DNA from: Chitinophagaceae bacterium
GTDB lineage: Bacteria; Bacteroidota; Bacteroidia; Chitinophagales; Chitinophagaceae
Assembly (NCBI GenBank): GCA_035328345.1
Contig: DAOLIV010000004.1
Coordinates: 5,778-69,777, forward strand
Direction of reading: 5' to 3'
DNA length: 64,000 bases
Numbering within the stretch: position 1 is the first letter of the stretch; the number at the start of each line of letters is the position of its first letter. A model generated the notes under the pieces. That model made no database searches, had not been told where the DNA came from, and was given only the letters and a program-made list of their open reading frames with translations. The position numbers were made by a program, and so were the translations under genes. Below, piece by piece: positions 26,830 to 36,680 of the stretch.

Positions 26830-29613
26830 TTATATAATTGAATAGTTAAATGTTAAGCTGAAAGTAGTTCCAAACTCTTTAGTGAAACGATACAGATCGC
26901 TTCCTTTCTGAAAACTCTCTTTACCTTGATTGTTCTGATAGAAATATCCTTTGCTGTTCAGGATATTTGAAATATTCAAGCGGATCTCACCTTTTTTCTG
27001 AAATAATTTCTTGGCCAATTGCAGATCTAATAAAGCCCTACCTTGCTCATAAATATCAGGATAGCCATCATCCGCATTTCCAACATAAGCAAGCCTGTAA
27101 CCTATCTGGTTAAATAATAGTGTAGCATTAAACCCTTTTTCTTCCTGGTCATATAACAAACCAACATTTATCACATACGGAGATTGACCTTGCAGTGGTC
27201 TGTCGATTTGCAGTGCAGGATCTGATACTTTACTATTTATATAAGATACATTACCCTGAACAGTGAAATTTTTTAGAGCATCGCTGAAATCAAGTCTTTT
27301 TCTAATTTCAAGTTCTGCTCCATACGCCTCTGCTTTCTGCGGATTTTGGAATGAAAAAGTACTGGCACCACCGCTACTTCCATTAAATAATTGTTCGATA
27401 GGTTTATTAAAATGTTTATAAAAAATACCTACTGAAAATGTTTCGCCTGCACGGGGATATAGTTCATATCTCAGATCCGCATTAGTAATCTTTGTTCTTT
27501 TAAGATTTGGATTCCCTTGTACCGATGCATTCAAATCAAAATCAAAAATATTCAGGAAAGAAAGCTCTCTCAACTCCGGACGAATGACGGTTTGAGAGCC
27601 TGAAAGACGAAGATTGGTTTTGTTGTTCAATTTAAAAGTAGCATTCATACCGGGCAAAAAATCGGTTACTTCTGTATGAGAGTGGCGGGGATCATACGCT
27701 TTTACACTTCCCACCAACTGATCATAGTCTTCTACCCGCACACCCCAAACTACTCTTATATCTTTTCCAATACGGTTGTCAAATTGAACATAACCTGCAT
27801 TCAATATGGTGTTTGCCAGATACCTGAACGTATTTCCTTTGATCGCATCAAATGCAAACATACTCCCGGTCCCGTCGCCAAAATTTGCAGGATCAAATAC
27901 CTGGTCAGCTGGTAACTGCTTTAGGGCATCATTATCCAGAGGCAGGTAAATGGCGAAAAGTTTTGCATCATACAACCTGTCTTTTACCTGGAACATATAA
28001 CCTCCCTTAACTGACTGATTTTTTCCAAAATCATATGTCAGGTCGCCCCCTGCAGTATATATATAGTCACTTAAACTTTGATAAATACGGCTACCGCTTT
28101 GTTGGGAAAGAGTATTTGATATAATCAGTCGATATGGATCAGCTGCACTTTCTCTTGAATATTGTATCCTGCGCTGATCAGGAATGTACCCGTCCAGGAT
28201 ATTGAAAGAACCATACCATTTACCTTTAAGTTTTGTGGTTAGCTTATGCTCTCCTGTAGCCTGAACTGTAAAGAAGGTATTTTGTTTAAAATTAAATTCC
28301 GAGCCCATAATAAATTTATCAATACGGCTATTGTCAACACCATTTCGTTGTGTTACACGATTGGTAGTATTTACGTTTATTAAGGACTTAAATGAAACTT
28401 TATTGTTGGAATTAATCTGATAGCTTAAACTACCTAGTGCCCCTGCACTGATTTCCTGCTGATATTGATCATCATTATAATCGAAATTCACTGATACATT
28501 CTGGTTCAGCGGGTCAACACTATTAAAGCGGTTTAAAGTTTTGAAATAATTATTTGTTTTATTATAAATGATACCAAAAGTGCCTCCCAATTTTCTATTG
28601 AATAAGTTTGTTACAAAGCCACCATTTGCCTGGAAAGAAGCATTTAAAGAACCCGATCCTTTTTCAGCAGTCCAACGGTTATCAAATTGTTTTCCGATAG
28701 CAGTTTTTTCTGCAGGGCTTAAAATATCAAATTCTGACTTGGTTGTATACGAAGAAGGTAAGGCCCTGGCACCATCATCAATTCCCAGCCAATCCAGATC
28801 TCCTCTTTTTTCCTTATAAAAATCTTTCCCTGTTGCAGCAGTATTAAATCCTGTTCCGATTTGAATGTTCAAGAAACCTTTTGTAGGTATATCTTTTGTA
28901 TTTACCTGTATCAAACCCCCTGCCCATTCTCCGGGATATTCAGGAACAAAAGCTTTATTGATAATTACATTATCAATCATTGCCGAAGGGATCAGGTCGA
29001 ACGAGAATGTCTTTCTGTCTGGTTCTGTACTTGTAAGCAAAATGCCATTGAGCATGGCCTGGTTATACCTGTCGGCAAGACCTCTTACAATAATAAATTT
29101 ACCTTCCTGCAAACTTGCACCCGGTGTACGTTTGATCACCTCACCGGTATTTTTATCCGGAGAACGACGAATACTTTCAGCAGAAATTACAGATGCTACT
29201 GTGTTTGTATTTTTTTGAAAAGCAATAATTGAATTAACGGACTCTAGTCTTGCTGATGAACGACGGGCAGATACAACAACATTTTCTCCTGTAGCTGCTT
29301 TAACCTGCAACACAATATTTAACTCATTTAACTGCCCGCTAAAAACTTCAGCATCAGTAATCACCTTTTTTTCATATCCTACTGCTGAGAACTCGAGTTC
29401 GTATTTTTTGCCCGGAGCCAGGTTTAATATAAATCTGCCTTCAACATCTGTTATTGCTCCGCCGGCGGCGCCGACAATATTCACTGAAACCCCAACCAGG
29501 GGTTCATTTTTTTCATTTAAAACCTTACCTGTCAATTTAATAGTCTGTGCCTGCGAAAAAGAAACCGAGGCAAGGAAGAATATCGAAAGAAGCAACCCAA
29601 TCCTTAAAAACAT
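26830..29613 (-). CDS. TonB-dependent receptor
   Basis: N-terminal carboxypeptidase-regulatory-like domain, IIVRGLADRYN plug, barrel motifs, C-terminal FSLTFNYSII. Confidence 0.93.
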   Translation of the reverse strand: MFLRIGLLLSIFFLASVSFSQAQTIKLTGKVLNEKNEPLVGVSVNIVGAAGGAITDVEGRFILNLAPGKKYELEFSAVGYEKKVITDAEVFSGQLNELNIVLQVKAATGENVVVSARRSSARLESVNSIIAFQKNTNTVASVISAESIRRSPDKNTGEVIKRTPGASLQEGKFIIVRGLADRYNQAMLNGILLTSTEPDRKTFSFDLIPSAMIDNVIINKAFVPEYPGEWAGGLIQVNTKDIPTKGFLNIQIGTGFNTAATGKDFYKEKRGDLDWLGIDDGARALPSSYTTKSEFDILSPAEKTAIGKQFDNRWTAEKGSGSLNASFQANGGFVTNLFNRKLGGTFGIIYNKTNNYFKTLNRFNSVDPLNQNVSVNFDYNDDQYQQEISAGALGSLSYQINSNNKVSFKSLINVNTTNRVTQRNGVDNSRIDKFIMGSEFNFKQNTFFTVQATGEHKLTTKLKGKWYGSFNILDGYIPDQRRIQYSRESAADPYRLIISNTLSQQSGSRIYQSLSDYIYTAGGDLTYDFGKNQSVKGGYMFQVKDRLYDAKLFAIYLPLDNDALKQLPADQVFDPANFGDGTGSMFAFDAIKGNTFRYLANTILNAGYVQFDNRIGKDIRVVWGVRVEDYDQLVGSVKAYDPRHSHTEVTDFLPGMNATFKLNNKTNLRLSGSQTVIRPELRELSFLNIFDFDLNASVQGNPNLKRTKITNADLRYELYPRAGETFSVGIFYKHFNKPIEQLFNGSSGGASTFSFQNPQKAEAYGAELEIRKRLDFSDALKNFTVQGNVSYINSKVSDPALQIDRPLQGQSPYVINVGLLYDQEEKGFNATLLFNQIGYRLAYVGNADDGYPDIYEQGRALLDLQLAKKLFQKKGEIRLNISNILNSKGYFYQNNQGKESFQKGSDLYRFTKEFGTTFSLTFNYSII

Positions 29614-29630
29614 AAGTGGAATATTTGCGG

Positions 29631-29709
29631 CAAAGGTGTGCTTGACACATTAACGGCATGTTACAGCCGTGTTAAGCAATTGTAACTTGAATGTTACCTC
29701 AATATTAAC
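29631..29709 (-). promoter_or_regulatory. -7-like box (CACCTTTG) plus six exact 11-bp-period repeats (Pho-box-like array)
   Basis: ATTAAC 29649, GTTACA 29660, GTTAAG 29671, GTAACT 29682, GTTACC 29693, ATTAAC 29704. Confidence 0.8.
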
Positions 29710-29714
29710 TCAGC

Positions 29715-31046
29715 TTAGAAGCGGAATTGTAAGCGGCATGTGAAGACATCATCCTTCAAATCGGACGAATATCCACTTAGACTTGTTGATTCATTTTTGA
29801 CCATTGCATAGTATAAGATAATTTTAGTCTGGTCATTGAAATGATAAACATACCCGGTTCCCAGGGTATTAAATCTTATATCGGCGGCTGTAAGATTTGT
29901 CCCCGTCTTTCCTATCTCATTTCTGCTTACTTTGATATTAGGGTCATACCAGTCATATTTCAGCAAAAACTGGTGCTTTTTGTTGAACAGGTTTTGAATA
30001 AAATATAAAAATGCCCCACTATAATGTCTCACATATGTTGGCAATGGTATTCCATTACTATTTGGCAAATTCCCTGGATTAGTAGTAGAATTAGCAGTGC
30101 CCGGCTGGGTTCCAAACCAATATTCAGCCCGAAATTCGGTCTCACCCCAGCCGTAAAATATTTTTGCCTGAATATCTCCTCCATAATAATGTCTCGGCGC
30201 AGACCTACCAAGATTCCTTTCTGACGAATCAACCTCAAATATTTTATCACCATTTGAAGAAGTAGCACTATGAAAAACGTACTTAGTAGCATTTTTCCAA
30301 CCTCCTCTTAAAAAAGAAAGTCCTGCACCAATTTCAAATCTGTTAAATGTATATGGCTTAATAATTAATCTGCCTATAAAATCTTTGTGGCTGTCAAAAT
30401 CTGTTACGCCAGAGGGGCCTTGTCCATTAAATAATCCTGCGTCAAGTTTAAAATGATTCATTTTTTGTTTCCGACCTTGCGGTTCAAAAGTTAGCATAAC
30501 ACCTAAATCTCTTTCTCCCGGCATTAAAATCTGCGACATCCTTCCTCTTTCAGGAGTTTCACGATGTGATGAACCAAGATTAACTTCAAATCCAAAAGGA
30601 CGGGCAAAGAAACCTGTAGTCAAAGAGAGATTGTTTTTAGAAGTTTCAAAAAGCCTGATGAACATATCTCTCACAATTACACCTCTCTCAGTCGCATCAA
30701 TCTGGAAAGTAAATAGGGCTTTGGGAGAATTTTGTTTAGTAGTCAAAAGATAATCCACTTTTATCCTGGCTCTTCGTAGCATAAACCTGCTTCGTGAATA
30801 TTGAGAAAAATTTCCGCCTTCGTATGATTGGGTACCATCAGATTGAGCAACTTGAAATTGTGGCTGCATGTAACCACTAATCCTCAGATTTTCAAACCTT
30901 TTTATTGTTGGCCTGACAGTATCTTTTATAAACAATGAACTATCGATGCCAGTCAGATATCGCTGGCCAAAAGTCTGAAGAAAGCTGATAATGACTGTAA
31001 TAAAGGCTAAAATGAGGTGTTTACCGAAAGAACTATGATTTATCAT
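29715..31046 (-). CDS. Outer membrane porin, phosphate-selective porin O/P-like
   Basis: ISGYMQPQFQ, FMLRRARIK, PFGFE..SS..RETPER, C-terminal RLQFRF. ATG at 31046 preferred (track: 31067). Confidence 0.75.
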   Translation of the reverse strand: MINHSSFGKHLILAFITVIISFLQTFGQRYLTGIDSSLFIKDTVRPTIKRFENLRISGYMQPQFQVAQSDGTQSYEGGNFSQYSRSRFMLRRARIKVDYLLTTKQNSPKALFTFQIDATERGVIVRDMFIRLFETSKNNLSLTTGFFARPFGFEVNLGSSHRETPERGRMSQILMPGERDLGVMLTFEPQGRKQKMNHFKLDAGLFNGQGPSGVTDFDSHKDFIGRLIIKPYTFNRFEIGAGLSFLRGGWKNATKYVFHSATSSNGDKIFEVDSSERNLGRSAPRHYYGGDIQAKIFYGWGETEFRAEYWFGTQPGTANSTTNPGNLPNSNGIPLPTYVRHYSGAFLYFIQNLFNKKHQFLLKYDWYDPNIKVSRNEIGKTGTNLTAADIRFNTLGTGYVYHFNDQTKIILYYAMVKNESTSLSGYSSDLKDDVFTCRLQFRF

Positions 31047-31079
31047 AACTCCCTTTCTTCTGTGCAATATAAATTCTTT

Positions 31080-31129
31080 GTTACAGAATAGTTACCCTAA
31101 TTTTATTTCTATATTAATTTATTATTAAT
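31080..31129. promoter_or_regulatory. 11-bp-period repeats between the porin and DUF47 genes
   Basis: GTTACA 31080, GTTACC 31091, ATTAAT 31113, ATTAAT 31124; the 31102 unit is degenerate. Confidence 0.6.
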
Positions 31130-31193
31130 TATACCTTCCTCTTAAATCCCCTTTAATCAACCCGGTATTTTCGCAAACGCTAAATAAACAATC

Positions 31194-31841
31194 ATGGGAC
31201 TTAATTCTTTTCTAAAGATTTTCATGCCTAAGAATAAAATCTTTTATGAACTCTTTGAAAGTGTGGCTGGCAATGTTGCTAAAATGGGATCTCTATTGCG
31301 GGACATAGTTGCAGAACCAGATTTTGATAAACGAGCTGCATTGATCGTTCAGCTTGAAGATCTGGAACATGCAAATGATGAATTAACCCATAGTCTTTTT
31401 ACCGAACTAGGCAGGAATTTTATCACTCCATTTGACAGAGAAGACATTCATTATTTGGCTACTTCATTAGATGATATTGCAGATTATATTTATGCAGCAG
31501 GCAAAAAAATAAACTTTTACCGGGTTAATCCAAATGATACCGGTATGCAAAAGTTTTCAGAATTAATTGAGCAAAGTGCAGAACAGGTAAGAGTTGCGGT
31601 TGGAGAATTAAGGGATATGAAAAATATGCGGAACATTACTGAAGCATTGGTAAAGATCAACAGCATTGAAAACCAGGCTGACGACACATTTGATTTCAGC
31701 ATTGAACGGTTATTCAATACAGAACCAGATGCAAAAGAGGTTATCAAGAAGAGAGATATTTACCAGGTAATGGAGATTGTTACTGATAAATGTGAAGATG
31801 CCAGCAATGTTATTGAGTCCATCATAATTAAATATGCATAA
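31194..31841 (+). CDS. DUF47 family phosphate transport regulator (PhoU-like)
   Basis: LEHANDE, FITPFDREDI, IENQAD, TDKCED; adjacent to PiT. Confidence 0.92.
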   Translation: MGLNSFLKIFMPKNKIFYELFESVAGNVAKMGSLLRDIVAEPDFDKRAALIVQLEDLEHANDELTHSLFTELGRNFITPFDREDIHYLATSLDDIADYIYAAGKKINFYRVNPNDTGMQKFSELIEQSAEQVRVAVGELRDMKNMRNITEALVKINSIENQADDTFDFSIERLFNTEPDAKEVIKKRDIYQVMEIVTDKCEDASNVIESIIIKYA

Positions 31842-31864
31842 GTTCTTTTGACCACAGACTGTTT

Positions 31865-33070
31865 ATGACAACATTTCTTATTACAATTATTGTTCTTGCA
31901 CTCATCTTTGACTATATCAATGGATTTCACGATGCTGCAAACTCAATAGCAACAATTGTATCTACAAAAGTACTTACACCTTTCCAGGCGGTTTTGTGGG
32001 CAGCCTTATTCAATTCAGTTGCCTTTTTTATTTTTAAAGATCACGGAGTAGCTGATACCGTAGCTAAAACTGTAAAACCAGACCACATAGCTGAAGGGAA
32101 AATGATGCTCGTAATATTCTCAGGTTTAATTGCAGCAATTACCTGGAACCTGTTAACATGGTGGTTGGGCATTCCATCTTCTTCTTCGCATACTTTAATT
32201 GGGGGCTTCGCCGGAGCAGCTATTGCCAGCGGAGGGTTTAGCGCTGTAAATTCTCCGATTATTATCAAGACGGCAAGTTTTATTCTTCTAGCGCCATTGG
32301 TAGGAATGATCATGGCATTTATAATGTCGTTATGGTTTTTGAGTTCTTTTAAAAAAGGCTGGAGGTCGAAAATATTTTCTATTGCAATTCTAGTATTAGT
32401 AGCTGTCTTTTTGTATTTCAATCTAGAAACTGATCCAGCTAAACTGACCTCTCACTATGAAACCTATTTTTTGAAAGTAATTTTTTACTCCAAAAACTTT
32501 AAGTGGATATTGATGGCATTCATCCTTGTCGTGATGGCTGTATTCTCACTTTACCTTAGTGGCTTAAATGCTCATAAATCAAATCAGTGGTTTAAACGAT
32601 TACAATTGGTCTCATCTGCAGCTTTCAGTATTGGACACGGCGGCAATGATGCACAAAAGGTAATGGGAATTATCACTGCTGCTCTAATTGCCGGTGGTAA
32701 TATCCCTGATTTCAGGCATATGCCAACATGGGTTCCTATTGCATGTTATACTGCTATTGGTCTTGGAACAATGAGCGGTGGTTGGAAGATCGTAAAAACA
32801 ATGGGCACCCGCATTACAAAAGTTACTCCGTTTGAAGGTGTAGCTGCAGAAACTGCAGGAGCTGTTACATTGTTTCTAACTGAATCGCTTAAGATACCCG
32901 TTAGTACGACTCACACTATTACTGGCGCCATTATGGGTGTCGGTGCAACAAAAAGATTATCTGCAGTAAGATGGGGAGTTACCATAAATCTTATCTGGGC
33001 ATGGGTTCTTACTATTCCTATCAGTGCATTATTAGCCGCTGGTATTTTTTCAATTGTCCGGCTTTTCTAA
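31865..33070 (+). CDS. pit: Inorganic phosphate transporter, PiT family
   Basis: NGFHDAANSIAT, GIPSSSSH, HGGNDAQK, PVSTTH. Confidence 0.95.
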   Translation: MTTFLITIIVLALIFDYINGFHDAANSIATIVSTKVLTPFQAVLWAALFNSVAFFIFKDHGVADTVAKTVKPDHIAEGKMMLVIFSGLIAAITWNLLTWWLGIPSSSSHTLIGGFAGAAIASGGFSAVNSPIIIKTASFILLAPLVGMIMAFIMSLWFLSSFKKGWRSKIFSIAILVLVAVFLYFNLETDPAKLTSHYETYFLKVIFYSKNFKWILMAFILVVMAVFSLYLSGLNAHKSNQWFKRLQLVSSAAFSIGHGGNDAQKVMGIITAALIAGGNIPDFRHMPTWVPIACYTAIGLGTMSGGWKIVKTMGTRITKVTPFEGVAAETAGAVTLFLTESLKIPVSTTHTITGAIMGVGATKRLSAVRWGVTINLIWAWVLTIPISALLAAGIFSIVRLF

Positions 33071-33120
33071 GCTTTAGCTATCCCCAATTAAAATAAAATC
33101 CTGACTTTTGCCGGAATTTT

Positions 33121-34176
33121 ATGAGTAAAATTCTTGTTACAGGAGGTTGCGGTTATATTGGATCACACACCATTATAGACCTTATTGAAAACGGATTCGA
33201 AGTTATCTCAGCAGATAACAATTCAAGATCTAACCCTGTTATCTTAAAAGGTGTTGAGCAGATAACAGGAAAAAAAATAAAAAATTATAAGGTCAATCTC
33301 TGCAATTTCGACGACATATTTGCGGTGTTCCAGGAAAACACAGACATCCGGGGAATTATCCATTTTGCCGCCTACAAATCTGTTGGCGAATCAGTTCGTT
33401 TTCCGTTAATGTATTTTGAAAATAACCTCACATCGCTTATCAATCTTCTGAAATGTGTTCAGGAATTTCAGATCCCATATTTTGTTTTTTCATCATCATG
33501 CACCGTTTACGGTAATGCCGATGAAATTCCTGTTACTGAAACAACACCACCCAAACCTGCAGAATCCCCTTATGGATATACCAAGCAAATGAGTGAGCAA
33601 ATTGTAAATGAGTTTGCAAAAAGCTCGGGTACACAATGCATTCTACTTCGTTATTTTAATCCGGCAGGAGCCCACCCTTCAGCGATTATTGGTGAAATGC
33701 CAATAGGTGCACCGCAAAATCTTGTGCCCGCAATTACCCAAACTGCCATTGGCAGAATTCCGAAAATGTATGTTCATGGAAATGACTATCCAACAAGAGA
33801 CGGTTCCTGCATCCGTGACTATGTTCATGTATGCGATCTTGCCAGTGCCCACACATTATCTTTAAAATACCTGGAAGAAGGAAAAAACGCTGGCCTTTGT
33901 GAGGTATTCAATTTAGGAACCGGGAATGGCGTATCTGTTCTGGAAGCAATTCATGCATTTGAAAAAACAAGTGGCGTAAAATTAAATTATGAAATTGGCC
34001 CGAGAAGGGAAGGTGATGTTATTGCAGTTTATGCCAATAACGATATGGCCAAAAATCTGCTTGGCTGGAAAATTAATTTTTCCCTTGAAGATATTATGGA
34101 AACTGCCTGGAAATGGGAATTGAGGCTAAAGGCGGATGAAACAGTTTTTCGCAGTCAACCCGGAGAGTTAAATTGA
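33121..34176 (+). CDS. galE: UDP-glucose 4-epimerase
   Basis: GGCGYIGSH, HFAAYKSVGES, PYGYTK, LRYFNPAGAH. Confidence 0.96.
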   Translation: MSKILVTGGCGYIGSHTIIDLIENGFEVISADNNSRSNPVILKGVEQITGKKIKNYKVNLCNFDDIFAVFQENTDIRGIIHFAAYKSVGESVRFPLMYFENNLTSLINLLKCVQEFQIPYFVFSSSCTVYGNADEIPVTETTPPKPAESPYGYTKQMSEQIVNEFAKSSGTQCILLRYFNPAGAHPSAIIGEMPIGAPQNLVPAITQTAIGRIPKMYVHGNDYPTRDGSCIRDYVHVCDLASAHTLSLKYLEEGKNAGLCEVFNLGTGNGVSVLEAIHAFEKTSGVKLNYEIGPRREGDVIAVYANNDMAKNLLGWKINFSLEDIMETAWKWELRLKADETVFRSQPGELN

Positions 34177-34233
34177 TTTGCTTTAACCTCATTAGTTACT
34201 ATCCCTTACTTTTGCGCAACAAATTTTCTTTAA

Positions 34234-35196
34234 ATGCTTAAAGACATTCAGTCATCAGGCAATAAGGACACTCGTAGCGGATTTGGGGATGGTATTGTCG
34301 AAGTTGCCCGGAAAAATAAAAATATTGTAGCACTTACGGCAGATCTGGCAGGATCATTAAAGCTCAACCAGTTTATAAAGGAATTCCCTGAACGCTTTTT
34401 TCAATGTGGCATTGCGGAAGCAAATATGATGGGTATTGCAGCCGGGTTAACAATTGGTGGTAAAATTCCTTACACAACTACTTTCGCCAATTTTTCTACC
34501 GGCAGGGTTTATGACCAGATACGTCAAAGTATTGCTTACAGCGGGAAGAATGTAAAAATTTGTGCTTCCCACGCAGGCCTCACTCTTGGTGAAGATGGTG
34601 CTACACACCAGATCCTTGAAGACATTGGCCTTATGAAAATGCTTCCGGGAATGACTGTAATTGTTCCTTGTGACTATACCCAGACAAAAGCTGCCACTAT
34701 TGCAATTGCAGAATATGAAGGACCAGTTTACCTTAGATTTGGAAGACCATCCTGGCCAATTTTCACGAAGGAAGAGGATTTTACAATCGGTAAAGCTCAA
34801 ATTTTCTCTGAAGGAACTGATGTCACCATTTTTGCATGCGGGCATATGGTTTGGAACGCCATACAGGCGGGAGCCATATTGCAGGAAAAAGGAATGAGCG
34901 TTGAAGTGATAAATATTCACACCATCAAGCCACTGGATTCTGAAGCAGTTTTGAAATCAATTAAAAAAACAAAATGTGCTGTTACGGCAGAAGAGCATAA
35001 TATTATTGGAGGATTGGGTGATGCAATTGCTCAATGCGCTTCAGTAAATTTTCCGGTTCCAATTGAATACGTAGGTACCAAAGATACATTTGGAGAAAGC
35101 GGAACGCCAAAGGAATTATTGAAAAAGTATGGACTGGATGTGCCGGATATTGTTGCTGCTGCAGAAAAAGTAGTGAAACGCAAGAATAGCCACTAG
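34234..35196 (+). CDS. Transketolase, C-terminal subunit (split transketolase)
   Basis: GIAEANM, EDGATHQ, PVYLRFGR, TIKPLD, AEEH; the N-terminal half is not in the window. Confidence 0.93.
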   Translation: MLKDIQSSGNKDTRSGFGDGIVEVARKNKNIVALTADLAGSLKLNQFIKEFPERFFQCGIAEANMMGIAAGLTIGGKIPYTTTFANFSTGRVYDQIRQSIAYSGKNVKICASHAGLTLGEDGATHQILEDIGLMKMLPGMTVIVPCDYTQTKAATIAIAEYEGPVYLRFGRPSWPIFTKEEDFTIGKAQIFSEGTDVTIFACGHMVWNAIQAGAILQEKGMSVEVINIHTIKPLDSEAVLKSIKKTKCAVTAEEHNIIGGLGDAIAQCASVNFPVPIEYVGTKDTFGESGTPKELLKKYGLDVPDIVAAAEKVVKRKNSH

Positions 35197-35310
35197 ATAT
35201 TTCCAGATAATATTATTCACAGCAGGTTCTTTCAAAATTAAACCTGCTTTTTTACTTTTATAAAACAAAATTCTAAAACAACTGGGTTTCCAATATTCTA
35301 AATTACCCAA

Positions 35311-35880
35311 ATGCCTCTGACACCTATGAGCCTTACAAGCATAAGCGATAGTGAATTGTTATTTCAGTTTCGTAATCCTGCTACGAAGGAAAAAGCATAT
35401 ACAGCTATCATTAAGAAATACCAGGAAAAACTATACTGGCATATAAGACGGATGGTGATAGATCATGAAGACACTAATGATGTCTTGCAGAATGTGTTAA
35501 TTCGGGTATGGAACGGACTTGAGAATTTCAGGGAAGACAGCCAACTTTATACATGGCTTTACCGCATTGCAACTAACGAATGTCTTACTTTCATTGAGCA
35601 GCAAAAGAAAAAGTCTGCAATTAGCCTTAGTGATGTGGAAAGCGGACTGAGCAACAAAATCAAAGCTGATAAGCACTTCGACGCTAATAAATTAGAATGG
35701 AAGCTACAACTGGCAATACAGCAATTACCTGAAAAACAAAGAGTTGTGTTTGCTTTGAGGTATTATGACGAAATGCCATACGAGGAAATGAGCCGGGTTT
35801 TAGAGACCAGCGAAGGGGCACTTAAAGCCAGTTATCATCATGCTGTTAAAAAAATTGAAGATTATATGCTAAATCATTAA
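35311..35880 (+). CDS. ECF RNA polymerase sigma-70 factor
   Basis: DVLQNVLIRVW, TWLYRIATN, LPEKQR, GALKASYHHA. The start may be 35326. Confidence 0.95.
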   Translation: MPLTPMSLTSISDSELLFQFRNPATKEKAYTAIIKKYQEKLYWHIRRMVIDHEDTNDVLQNVLIRVWNGLENFREDSQLYTWLYRIATNECLTFIEQQKKKSAISLSDVESGLSNKIKADKHFDANKLEWKLQLAIQQLPEKQRVVFALRYYDEMPYEEMSRVLETSEGALKASYHHAVKKIEDYMLNH

Positions 35881-35903
35881 ACTTTAGAGGGAGGAAATCG
35901 TCT
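35878..35903 (+). promoter_or_regulatory. ECF-type promoter TAAACTT-N14-CGTCT in front of the anti-sigma gene
   Basis: AAC-N16-CGTC is the canonical ECF layout; the same layout occurs at 56299-56324. Confidence 0.55.
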
Positions 35904-35917
35904 CACTTAACGTAAAA

Positions 35918-36676
35918 ATGGCACAGAATATCAACATACTGAACGAATTAAATGACCTAAACAGTAGTCTTGTAAACACAGGAACAGCAAACGTTTACTC
36001 AGTGCCTGAAGGTTATTTTGAAAATTTAGCCGCCGTTGTTCTGCAAAGAATAAAAGCTCTTGGGGCAAAAGATTCGCAAGATGAGCTTTCGTATCTGTCC
36101 CCATTGTTAAGTGGTATTCCAAAAGTAACGCCATACAAAGTTCCGGCTGAATATTTTGATCATATCAGTGATAGTATTGCTGCCTTTATCTCATCTGAAG
36201 AAATGAGTGTTAAAGATGAATTGAAAAAGCTTTCACCGGTGTTGAGTGGATTAAAGAAAGAGATGCCTTACTCAATTCCTGACGGATATTTTGAAAGCCT
36301 GGGTGTGACTACTCCAAAAGAAAAGGCAAAAGTTGTTTCGCTTACACATCGCAAATGGTTCCGATATGCTGCCGCTGCTGTAGTAACCGGGATTATTGTT
36401 TTAGCTGGTTTCATGATATTCGGAAACAAAACAAATGAACCGGGCACTAAGTCCCTGGCGAAATTTGAAAAAGATGTCAAGAAAATGGATGAAACAGAAA
36501 AGGAAAATCTTATTGATTTTATTGATGCCGGACTTAATGGCGACGAATCTGCATCAATTAAAGCAGACAATAAATCAGATGATATAAAAGAATTATTAAA
36601 AGGTATTTCAGATGAAGAGCTGAATGAGTTTAATAAGCAAACACAGGATATTGAAAATGTTCTATTGACTAATTAG
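35918..36676 (+). CDS. Probable anti-sigma factor (single TM)
   Basis: Repeated VPEGYFE/VPAEYFD/IPDGYFE motif, TM after WFRYAAAA; follows the ECF sigma. Confidence 0.8.
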   Translation: MAQNINILNELNDLNSSLVNTGTANVYSVPEGYFENLAAVVLQRIKALGAKDSQDELSYLSPLLSGIPKVTPYKVPAEYFDHISDSIAAFISSEEMSVKDELKKLSPVLSGLKKEMPYSIPDGYFESLGVTTPKEKAKVVSLTHRKWFRYAAAAVVTGIIVLAGFMIFGNKTNEPGTKSLAKFEKDVKKMDETEKENLIDFIDAGLNGDESASIKADNKSDDIKELLKGISDEELNEFNKQTQDIENVLLTN

Positions 36677-36680
36677 TGAA

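Noticed and set aside
29649-29709. Short repeat arrays as CRISPR or VNTR
   Set aside because: The units are 6 bp with 5-bp variable spacers, typical of transcription-factor sites.
34234-35196. Half transketolase as a pseudogene
   Set aside because: The ORF is intact; split transketolases with unlinked halves are common.
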